A DNA stretch of 58,605 bases, counting the filler, from Sphacelaria rigidula (taxonomy: Eukaryota), in NCBI GenBank assembly GCA_964200075.2. It is 4 parts of 4 records of this genome, joined end to end, with 100 filler letters (N's around TTAATTAATTAA, not from the genome) between each part and the next. Parts side by side here need not be neighbours in the genome. Positions count along the whole stretch, not along the records: positions 14,680 to 29,257 come from CAXNAA020002169.1; positions 29,358 to 43,932 come from CAXNAA020002170.1; 2 more parts are not named here. One strand, written 5' to 3'. How positions within the stretch are numbered: position 1 is the stretch's first letter; each line of letters starts with the position of its first letter. The position numbers were made by a program, and so were the translations under genes. The notes under the pieces are model-generated. The model searched no databases, was not told where the DNA came from, and saw nothing but the letters and a program-made list of their open reading frames with translations. Shown here piece by piece: positions 25,173 to 36,700 of this stretch.

Positions 25173-28100
25173 ATGGGTCAAGCGGCGGCAGCGCCGTTGG
25201 TGTAAGGTGAGCCTCTAGAACCGCCAAAGTATGACGAAGTGTGGACAGAGGAAGCCTCAATTTGTTTTGAGCCAAATATCTCGATTATTTAGAGAGGTTG
25301 CATTTGGCAAATGCATCAGGGGTCATAAGGCATGCCAGGGTGAGTATCGGACAACTTGTTCCCACATATATTCACCGGTGCTTTGAAGGCACGTGAAAGG
25401 ACCGTCGGGCTATGACCCCCGACGAATTGCTAGATCCTGTGAAGCAGCATGCCGGGTACACCACAACCGGCGGCAAGCATGACACTGCGCGGGCTGCAGC
25501 AGACCTACGCATAGTTCTTACTATGCCACAAAGCGGCGGAATATCCGTCAAGGGTCGTGCGGTGATGGTCAGTTCAGCGATGGATTTTGTTTTCGCAGAA
25601 AACCTCACCGTGCAAGCCATGAACCGTGCGGAGGACTGGAGCTGGTTGCCAGGCCCGGCCGAGTCGGTTTCCACAGCTTTGGTAGACGGAATTTCGCCTC
25701 CGGAATTCAAGGCGTATGTTAGAAGTGTACTAACGTATGTTGACGGCTGGAAAAAGAACCCGACGGTAGTGTTCAACAAAATATTTGATGCCGCCGACCA
25801 GAGGAAGTTCATTGAGGCACATGGCCGGCGCGATTATGCGGCAAGTGTAGGTAGTGCGCTCCGCAAACAGCAACAGCAACAGAAACAGCAGCCGTCTTCG
25901 CAAGCGTCGTCCACTCGCGCGTGTCACAACTGCGGCGACACCGAACATCTGATCAAGGACTGCCCCAAGCCTCGCACTCAAGGCGCTGCTCAAGGAATGC
26001 GCGAGATTCATCAGGATCTCGAGGTGGTCGTCACGGTGGACGGGGCCGTGCCAACCAGGGACGCGGGCGCGGCGGCTGCGGTAGCAAGCAATCGGCGGTG
26101 GATGGTGGTTCCTCCGCTGCTGTTTCTTCCACCACGTCATCAGGTGGTGACTCTGGATCTCATGGTTTGTCTGTGTCGGGGCGGACAGTGTACGTGGGAA
26201 ATGCAAATACTTCGGTGGGTAGTGCTGGAGCGAATAGTTCGCAACCCCTCGGCGAGGCAGGATCCGTGTCTGGTGCATCTCCTACTGCTGCAACGGCTGT
26301 GACAGCACCGTCTGCACATTCGGCGACATGGTCTGGGTGGACCGCCGATTCTCAGTTATCTATGTCAAGTGCTGGAGCGCAGCCCTGGCGTCAGGTGACT
26401 CTTGGTACCGACCCGGGTTCTTTGACAGGCGTGGTATCTGTCGATCGCAAGGCTGAATATTTACGCGCAGATCATCCCTTGCCTCGTTCTGTAGGCTCGT
26501 TCATGGCCCGCGTTATTCTGAATTCTGGGTCCGCGCTCACCTCGATCGGTGTGGGTTTGCTAAAACAAATGTTTTCGCAGTTTGGCGGCGTCCAGCTTCA
26601 GATTCCGTTCGACAACGGACCGCAAACGGCACAGACCACTTCGGGTGCTCCCGTGACGGTTACACATAAGACGGTGCCGATCACTGTTGGCGTGCGTCGC
26701 CGTGGGGGGCTGTGGAGTTGCAGCCCATTTCTTTCGCTGTCATGCCCGGTAAGGACAACGTGATTCTATTTGGGATGGCGACGACGAAGGAGCTCGGGAT
26801 TGATTTGTACCCGCTGGCGTTGGAAAAGTTACGCGTGCAAACCGGCGTGGAAAACCCCAGCTATCTTGCTGCAAGGCGTCTGACCGTATCCATACGGTCA
26901 TTCCGGAGCGCCAATGAGGAGGAGGCTCCTGCGGATGAAGCGGTGGAGCGCTTGGTCGATCGGGGGTCCGACATGTTCATGGACCCTGCGGAGGAGAGAG
27001 GTTCAAGAGAACGTGCGCTTGAGAACAGCGTGCAGCAGGCCGAGCAGAAGGGCCTGAGCGCCGATGGCGCATGTCGTCTGCGTGATATTTCGGCTCGTTG
27101 CGTGGATGCATTTCGTCGTGCGCTGCGTGGTGATCCGCCAGCGCGCTTAGAACCCATGAGGGTGCACCTCAAGCCACAGGCAAAGGCGGTGAAGGCCAAG
27201 CCCAGACATTATAATCCGGTGAAGACCGGGTAGCTTGCCTCATGCATCGCAGCTCTGGTGGCGTTTGGTTTAGTGGTTAGGAACACCCAGGCTGTGTGGG
27301 CGAGTCCGGCGATGGCGGTGCCGAAGAGGGACACATTCCGTTTGGTCAGCGACTATCAGGCGGTACACGCGCAAGTGGAACAGTCTCCGGGGGTGATGCT
27401 AAACCAAGAAGGAATGCGGGAGTTACGGCTCAGTGCTTCGGCAAGTTGGACCTGCTATAGGGGTATTGGCAGATGCTTCTGGCATCAGAGGCTCAGGAGG
27501 TCTTCACGATCGTCACGCCTGACGGTATGTTTACGTCTACTCGTGTCCCGCAGGGCGTGTTGAACGCCGCGGCGTATTTCCAAGGTGTGCTGACTGACAT
27601 TGTGCGAGGTCTAAACTGTCAAGTGTGGGTCGATGACCTTTCCTATTTTGCTGAAACCGAATAAGCATTGTTAGCTTTGCCTGACGGAATTCTTGGCCGC
27701 TTGGTGGATGTTCCTGCTGTGCCTGTTCGTTCAGTTGCTGTGTACAGCTCGTATGATGTCGATGATCCGCTGCCCTAGTTAGATGTCATTCGTACCGCGC
27801 AGCGCAAAAGAGTCGACGACGGTGCTCATTCTTTTCCTCCGACTTTCGGTCAAGCTGCTTTGGCTGACGATTGTTTGTTTCGCGTGCATGTTGACAGTAG
27901 TGATGTTTTGTGGATTCCGTCGGGTGATAAGGCTCCACAAACTCGCTTGATGGTGTNNNNNNNNNNCTGGTCACCGTGGTGTGGCGCCGACTCTGTTCCG
28001 TTTGGAAGAATACTGTGTGTGGTCTCACATAGATTCCCCTGTTCGCGAGTTCGTTCGCCAGTGTTTGCATTGTGTAGACGCTCGTGCTGGTGCGATTGTA

Positions 28101-29257
28101 CCTCGTCCGTATGGCGGTACTGTCCACGGCACTGCGACAGGTGAAGTTGTTAACTTTGATTTTCTGTACGTCGGAAGTAGCGGACCTGAAGGTGCTAATG
28201 GTTTGCCTGATGAGGATGGTTTTCGGTACGTTTTGGTTATCATGGATGATTTGTCCAATTTCGTTTGGTTGGAGCCGACCGAGGCTTGCACCGCCGAAAT
28301 TACGGCTGAGCACTTGCTCCATTGGTGCAAAACTTTGGGGGCGCCACGTGTGTGGGTTAGTGATACCACCACGCACCTCAGGAATCGAGTGATTGCGCAG
28401 CTGAGCGACGCGCTCAAGGTGCAACACCAGTTTGCTGTTGCGTATACCCCTTGGTCGAATGGTGCTTGCGAACGCATGGTGAAATAAGTTATTCGTCCGT
28501 TGTGATCGATTTTGTCGGAAAAGAGACGGCCGGTGCCTGGATGGGTTGATGTTTTGCCCGCCGCTCAGTGGGCGTTGAATACTTCTTTTAGTGACCGCTA
28601 TCGTGACACTCCGTATTGTGTGATGTTTGGACGTGCGCCGCGTACAGCATTTTCCGTGCTGGCTTCTGTCACTGGCGGCGAGTGGAAGGTCGATGTCACA
28701 GATGCTGATTCGTTGCGTGACAAGGTTCGAGGCGTGGTTGACGAGCAAGTGCGGTTTTGTAACGAAGTGCAAGCTGCTGTCGCGGTGTTTCGCCCAACCA
28801 AACGCAAGCTTGCTCAGGATCAGGCTGTGTTGCCCAAGTTTGCAGTTGGCGATTTCGTAATGTATGCCCGTGTTCGTAGGCAAGGTGTGACGCCAAAGTT
28901 GATGTTTACATGGACAGGCCCATGGCGAGTGGTCTGAGCCGATCACGCTCACGTGTATTCGGTGCAGAACATTGTTTCTGGCGCCGTGCACTCGGCCCAT
29001 GTCGCTCGTTTGCGTTTCTATGCTGACTCGCAGTTGCACATCACTGCGGAACCAGAAGATTTATTTCAGCATTCGTATGCTCAAGGTGAATGTCGGATGA
29101 ATGCTTGGGTGCACGTCGCTGAGGATGACAATGGTGATGTCATTCATTGTTTTGGTCGATTGGGAAGGGTTCGGTGCTGAAGAACGTACATGGGAGTCTC
29201 TTCGCAAGATTCATTCTTCTGCGCCTAAATTTGTTTTGAAGGAACTGCGTAAAATGC
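25173..29257 (+). mobile_element. Decayed chromodomain-bearing Ty3/Gypsy (element 3): gag, protease, partial RT, integrase, chromodomain; RNase H deleted
   Basis: Knuckle CHNCGDTEHLIKDC; protease ILNSGS (D to N); RT WASPAMAVPK, RLVSDY, RVPQG and WVDD; integrase HRG...CLHC, FDFLY, VSD, NGACER; chromodomain IVLVDWEGFGAEERTWESL running to the contig end. Confidence 0.92.
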
Positions 29258-29357
29258 NNNNNNNNNNNNNNNNNNNNNNNNNNNNNNNNNNNNNNNNNNN
29301 NTTAATTAATTAANNNNNNNNNNNNNNNNNNNNNNNNNNNNNNNNNNNNNNNNNNNN
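29258..29357. other. Artificial contig-joining spacer
   Basis: Same 44N-TTAATTAATTAA-44N linker. Confidence 0.98.
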
Positions 29358-29709
29358 ATTCACAAAGATTCACAAAACAAGAATCAGCACTTGAGTTCCC
29401 AAAGGGTTAAGGCACATTTTTGCCTAGGGGAACCTATGAACCTCCCTTGCCCGAGTGTCTCGTACGCCTTGGGTCGGGGTTAGGGTTAGCGTTAGCGTTA
29501 TTGTTAGTTTGTTCCAAAAAACTGATCATGGATATACGACCAAAACTTCAAGTCGCCTCTATTGAACACTCCCTAGCCTCGAATTATTTGCGACGAATGG
29601 TAGCACCTCCGGACGCCACACCTTTAGTAGTCTTCATCTGAAATAGGAGATTTTTGTCGTTGTTCCAAAGTCGTCGATTTTCAATAGTTTTTTTTCGTTC
29701 CACCGCTCA

Positions 29710-30434
29710 TCCCAGTGAACGTTTGATCTCCAAGTTTGGGGATGGGGAGACGCTAGGCATCCGCTCCACATTCGGAAACAGAGATAATATCTGCGCTCAA
29801 TATCGAATGTCTCACGGGCTGAATTGACAAGGGGTATTATTGACCGTTTTTTTTGCCCAAAACATATTTCTTTTCGGCTCTAACGCAATTGGTACGTAAA
29901 AAAAAAGGGTCTGTAAAATTATTCACGATATCGATGGGGATTGGTTCACCCTCCCCCAGTGCTATGCAGAGCTTGTAGGGCGGTTTTCGTACTCGGGTGT
30001 TTTTCTGAATTTTCTCGTGAATTCGTCTTTCTTCGCACTCCAAAGTCCTAGCGTCGATAAATATTGGGCAAAGAAGCAGGTAGTGCTTATGACATAATCT
30101 TCAATAGGTGTTGTTGGGGAAGTACGGAGTAGTACCTCGTTCATCAGGGGGTGTTATCGATCATCACTGGTCCAAAAAACTGCTCTAGCGCAATGAGTGG
30201 GTAAAAATAAAAATAAAACATCCATTTTTATTTGTTCACGAGAGCGACTGGTATTGCTTCAATCGAGCGAAAATTCCATGAGTCAGCAACTGGGCTGGGT
30301 AATCGCAGGACCCCCGAAGGCCGGTCAGCCTGTAAGTCATTCGATATTGAGTACAGATATGATTTTTTTCAGAATGTGGAGCGGGTACCTAGTATCTCCC
30401 GATCTCCAAACTTTGGGAACAAACCTTCACTGGG
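29710..30434. repeat. Degenerate ~100-bp inverted repeat pair (29710-29809 / 30339-30434), probably an old MITE or foldback element
   Basis: CCCAGTGAACGTTTG...CCGCTCCACATTC...CTCAATATCGAATG is mirrored by CATTCGATATTGAG...GAATGTGGAGCGG...CTTCACTGGG. Confidence 0.7.
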
Positions 30435-30761
30435 ATCACCTATGGCACGCGAATACGCGATGGAAAATCACCGAACACGAAAAAATGACAAAAACTTCCT
30501 GTTTCAACTGAAAACTGCTGTAGCACTTGTTTTCTTCACTCTTCGTTCGGCTTCACCTCCTAATTTCGGAATAAACAAAAAACGCGACTTCACTCATTAA
30601 TCTATCATCTCTTGACTGGCAAAAATATTACCTCAGTCAAAACCCAGGCACACTCACCATTACCTACAGTACAGTGCCCCACCGGCGCCAGTTGATATAA
30701 CTATTAATAGTAATGGATTTACCCCTGCCGTGTTCCATGGTTTACGAGGCCCCACGCTCAC

Positions 30762-33700
30762 CTTGGGTAGGCGTGATGAGTCCATGAGATTTAGCTGCAG
30801 TGACGTCATCCTCACGCGTAGTAGAAGCCGTCGCACCTGTGGTGGCCGTGCCAAACCAACGTAGCGGGCGCGACAGTAGGGTCTATAGTGAGCGGTACGC
30901 GATCTACACGTTGGGATCACAAACCCCAAGCCAGACCGACGGAAAAAAACTCAAAAACAAACCGTCGACGACGATGGAAGCCTCCGCACATACATACACA
31001 AGAACGCGAAATGTAGGTTCTGACAGTGGGACGTAGACCGGACATGGTCCAATCAACACGCGATGGGGCTCACCTTGGAGGGTCGTCGGTATATAACCTT
31101 CACAGGCATCAACGGGCTGACCGCAGACCTCGGCACAGCCGAACCCTTCGACGACCCCGACCATCCCGGTTGCCGCCCTGAACTTGGCCGTCTTCCTGTT
31201 CGTCCCTGCGATGTTCCTACACCGCCACTGTAGCGGCCGAAGCCGTCACCTCCCCCTCTACTCCCGACGGCTTGTTCTGTCGTCCCGGTCCTTTGTGCCT
31301 TGCCATCATTGGATAGTCCCACAGAAAATCCTCCCAATATCCACGAGAGCTCCGTCAGCGCAGAGGTTGAGATGGTAATGGGTATCGCGGCGACCTTGAT
31401 ATCCACGCTGAGGCTCTGTGAGACGGGCGAGCAGGGTAGATGTCGGTGCCAAGCGATGCAGGTGGGACGGGAAAGGAATGGGCCGCGAAGTGCAAAATTC
31501 GTGCGTCGTTCGGACCACGAACAACGTAAAACCTACGCGCTTACAGTGGCCAAGATCACAGTTTTCGTCAACTGCATCGTCGGTGCCTAAATGATCACGT
31601 GTAATAGCCTTCCACACCCTGTTGGAAGGGCCGTACAATGAATACACATGGTGAGGCTGCAACAACAAGCGAAGGCTTCACCTCTTGTCTGGCCATAGGG
31701 GGCGGCAAAGGCGGCGCCCCCACTTCCTCGAGATCATCGCCTCCGCCCTCACCCGTCCTTGCAATCCCCGCATCCGCTTCACCGCCTACCGCTGGTGGTC
31801 CCTCGGTGCTCTCGCGTGCTGCAATTCCCACAGCAGTGGTACGCGGAGACCCATAGGATGAGGGGCCGGAGGATGGGGAGCCAGAGGGTGGGTAAGATCA
31901 TGAGCAACAGGATGATGAGTGAAGGCACTGTCACATACGGGAGGCTCGGGCTTTAGTAGTCAACGTGTGAACAACAAAATCGGTTGAAAGCGATTTTTCA
32001 GTGTTTTAGGTCACCATTGTTCATCACGGTTTCCGCTTTATCCCGAACCTTTAGGAAGAGAGATATACATGAATACTGTACAGGAAAAACAATTGGGGAA
32101 AAATCTACGAGCACTCTGGAACAAGTTACTTGCTCACTGACCATTAGGGGGCCAACACGTGTACTGCCCTCGGTTCTTGCTCTGATATTTTCCCTTGGCC
32201 GAACCGATTCGGATCATTATAATGGACACTTCTACTGTTCATTTTTTTTCATCGATATTCATTGCGCTACTGCCGAAAAACCGTGTTTGTGAATCATTTA
32301 CGGTCAATAACACCCCTTCGATAAACGGGGTTTCACCCTGTATTGTACCGACCACAAAAATTGAGAAGTGCGCCCTGCGAACGTACTGCTTCTTCTTTCA
32401 ACGCCTACCGACTGTCAAACTTCCGAGTGAAGATGACAACTCGGCTGTGAAAAGTCCTGATTGAGTGAATCCCATTCATAATGTTGACTACTGTCATGAA
32501 GTCTAGAGCAGCTTGGCCGTGATTAAATAGAGCCGCGAGTTTGGCCCGCTCCCGTCCTCTAAATATTTCAGGTCTGAAATAAAAAACATTATTCATCAAT
32601 TTTATCCGTGGAAGAACCTTCCGAATGTGTTCTCATTACTCCTGTCGATAACAGTTTCCCTCTGCTGTGTTTTGACACTCCCGAGAGCGGTGGAACACGA
32701 ACTCACGCACCCAATGCACAACGAATGAAACAACAGGGATTTTTTTTCCCCCTACACATGGGTTAATTGCTAGGGTAATCATGCCTTCCCGTATCCAGCC
32801 GAGCAAGCACTTACCTTCAACATCATTCCGCCCGGCGTCACGTGCGTCCCCAGCAGTACTCCGGTCGTCAGCGGCGCGGGTGCTGCCTCCCGGTGACAGT
32901 CCATCGAGCAGTCTAAGCTTCATCGTGATCGCGTCACGTACGTCAAGGACAACCAAAGAGTCTGATGCAACAGAGCGCGAAGAAGCAGCAGTAGGGTGTT
33001 GGAGGTTTCCTTTATCAGCTGTAAAGCTCAACGGTCGTATTCTGTCCATTCTACCGCCCGCATCACCAAGCCTCTCGGCACCATCGGGTCCCACGGGATT
33101 GCCTGGCCGTGTTCGCCAATCGGTCCAGCTGCGTGGCCTACCCCTCACGGTAGCATCACGGCCCGATTGCCTGCCCGAAGTGTCTGCTCCGGACAGCACC
33201 CGACCCTTTCCTGAACCCCGGACCCCGTCTGACTCCGCAGCACGAGTCCAAGACGCGCCGATAGCAAAGATGGAAGCTTCGAGCCCCATCTTTCCAGATC
33301 GCGAAGTAGCACGGAGGCCATCTGGTCGAACCGACCTGGGATTTCCAGTGACACTGCCCACGATTTCATCGACGCTGGCAGCAGACTTGGAGCTGTCGCC
33401 GGAAGGGGCAGTTCCGGTGCCTGCGACTGACGTCGACGTTAAATCGCGGGCCGACACGCCCCCGAGCGAGAATCGCAAGGACCGCCCGAATGGAACCGCG
33501 CGATCGACGGGCAAGTACACCACGATCGTGTGAAGATCGAAGGACAGTTGCGGACAGAAAGATGACGGCGTGTCAGTGGCTTCGCGGCCCCGAGCGATGC
33601 CTTCAGACCCAGAATACCCAGGCAGAGTGCTCTTGCACCAGCCACCCCTTGCGCTACCGCGACCACCGCCTTTTAACAAAGCTTGCAGCACAGATTGGCC

Positions 33701-36700
33701 CCCTCCGCGTGCAGTCGATGCTGAACTACCGGGCCCACCATCAACATCGCTTGCTTGGCATGTTTGCGTCCTGCTCGACTTGGATTCAGGGAGTACTCCA
33801 GGCTGCGAACGACACGTTGGGATGGCGACAACGGAGTACACGAAGATGGAGAGATTCGCCGAGGCGTTTTGCAAGACGCAGGCCACTATTTTCCTTCAGT
33901 CGTACCTGGGCTACCCCCGTCCCCCGGGTCCCCCGCATCCCTCTCCTCGAAAGGGATCATTAGCCTCAAGCAATCAATCCATCTGGCTCTCGATGTCTAT
34001 TTTGCATTATTTTGCACTACATTATCGAGAATTCTTCGATTACCCGCGTGCGTACACCCTCTCGAAAAAATAAGGAAAATCCGCCATTATCCGCGTAGTC
34101 TTCCCGCACGCCGGCAGCCTCTGTACTTCGAACATGCACGCCGCGTTCCAAGCCGACAAAAAACGCACTTATTCGCACGTCACAAACTACCTTAAATTCC
34201 GCCTCCAGAAATCCGTACTATCACTTAGCCGCAATCTTCTCTGCGAATTTCTGGCCCTGAATTTGTGATAAAACTCCAACATATATACTGGAAGCAGTCA
34301 ACTCCTACATACCAGCCCTAACAAACCACGCGACACCCCCTCTCCATAATCCGAACCAGAAAAAGGCAACGTGATGGCATCTCACCTTAGGACCAAGCCG
34401 CGCCCACCATCGCGCCGCAGCGCCCCCCAACGCCCAAGCCTCGACCTGGCCTACCGTCATGACCACTGACGCTGAGCTTCCGGTACCCCCCGCGCTGTCG
34501 GCCCTCCCGCTCGCTTTTACGTTCAAAAATTTAGCCTCAGTCGCTTGGTCCGATCGATCATTTCGTCCTCGCGCGTCACCACTACGGCCTCTTCGGTGAC
34601 CACCTCCGTCGCCGCCCCTGGTGCGGCCTTGGCCGTAGCTACCGCTTTCTGAAGGCGCCGTCGTGCTCGCTGACTCTGCGTGTATATCAGGCGGGGCCAG
34701 GCAGATAAGATACGACGGCGGTAGTCCAGCGCCCTCGTTTTCACCATTATTCTTGGATCCATCCTTCTTCTCCCTAAAAGAAAGGCTTGGGGATGCCGGA
34801 GTTGATGACGGCTCTCGAGAGCCCGACCCACCACCTCCTCTCCCACCGTTGCCGGTGGTTCTACTGCTACTATTACCACCGCCGCTGCTACTGCTGCTCT
34901 CAGGATGGCTACCGACGGTCATGGATGGCAAAATTGATGGGGCACCCGCCGACATGGAGACAACCGACGCCCATGCGCGGTGTTCGGGTGGAGGGGAGCC
35001 CCAGCCATCCGACGGTTCCCGCACGCCTCCCGCGTTTAGACCCGCAGCCACGATCCGGCAACACTCCAACCATGGCTGCTGTACCCCGACGCGCATGTTA
35101 CCCCCTCCTCCCGGAGACGTTCTTGGATTCGGGAAAAAAGCCCCAATGATTGGTTTCTCTCCGAGCACTGGCCTACGCACGAGGTTGATCTTTAATCCCG
35201 CGGAGAAATTGATCTGACAAGAGGTGGAAATAGGCGGAGGGGGTAGTTGGGCGGCAACACGATCTTACGTCAGATGCATGAAGTCATTATACCTTTCGAT
35301 CACCACCAACTAGTCGTTTACCATGACAGGGGAGTTCGTTTGTAGAGGCAGAGTACACATGGAGCTCGTTAGCTTGGGTCCTCGCTGGGCAAACAGGATG
35401 CGGTCCATGAGTTCATTCAACGTCACGTATTGTACTCCCGACAAGCTACTCGGACGTGAGACCCATATATTGTCTTCCCCTTGTCCAAAAACAAAAAATA
35501 AAAAGCAAAATCCGAACATTATTTTTATACTACACCTATAAATAAGTATACTAAAAACTATATGCATGTATATGTGAAGTTCCATAACCTCATGCATTAT
35601 TATTTGTATGCTCGTGTACAACAAACAAAATGACCTTCTACTCTGTTTTTTCTTCGTTGGTTTTTCGTGTCATCAATACCCGCTTGTCACACCACCGCGC
35701 GCGCATTCGACGTCTCCCCGTCGTCAGGTGGAAGCCCTACGGGAGTGCAAGGAGGAAGTGATGGCCCTGTGTGACTGGAACAACTGCAACCCAATCTCAG
35801 TACGGCTGGTGTGGCATGATGCCGTGTATCAACCCAAATTCGAAAAAAAATTACTGACATCTTAGCCAGGCCCGAGGAAACACTGTCGCAAACGTTTTGA
35901 CTATAACATCACTCGCCTGCTGTCTGCAGAACATAAAGTGCCAATTCAAGACTGTCTACGAGCCTGCGCAAAAACCACACGCTAAACAATATATTATACT
36001 GCCAAAAATATTACTGCGTACAGTACCGATCATTGCGCATATTGCAATAGATAATGGATTCCATGCTGTACGCAGTGCACTTTTTCACAATGTAAGTATT
36101 TGTCCTGGGTGTGGTGAATACCGAGATATAGCGCAAACAACTCCGGGAAAGCCAATTTCTGACCATGTTTCGAGCGAATCATCTTGCTCTTTCCTGAAAA
36201 CAAATCTGCCCCCAAAAAGTAAATACAAACCTCCAATCCCGGCTTTGCTCTGGGACCAAGCGTGAAGCGGTCCTGCGCCCGCCTGTGGCTCTCGGCTCCC
36301 ATAGTAGGATCAACTCCAACATCGGCAGCTTCAGGAGCGGCGTCGGCGGCATCGACACCGGCACCTGTCTCACTTCGAGGGCTCGTTGATGCTGTGGGCA
36401 CTGAAGGTGAGTAAATTTTCTCGCTGCTGTTGCTCATCCTGTCGTCATCGTCGGATTCTTCTTCAGACCCGAACGCGTCGTACCACTGTCAGCGTGAACA
36501 ACATATGCACGGGGGAACGTGAAATCACGGCATAGAATGAAGAGGTCAGGAAAAAAAAAAAGCTCTTTGAATGTTTGGTAACCTCACGTAACTCGTTCAG
36601 TCCGTTGGAGATAGTAATCCTCAGAATATACTTGGATGCCATCACCTCTTCTTGTTCCCCTTCCTCATCATCGTAGACATCCCCTGTCCCCATCCCGAAC

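Noticed and set aside
29478..29500. Telomere (GGGTTAGGGTTAGCGTTAGCGTTA)
   Set aside because: Only about four degenerate units, internal to the contig.
35323..35480. Additional exon of the VPS13-like gene (GEDNIWVSRP...NSPVM)
   Set aside because: It has a good donor, but the acceptor phase conflicts with the upstream exon and the flanking exons join in frame without it; left unassigned.
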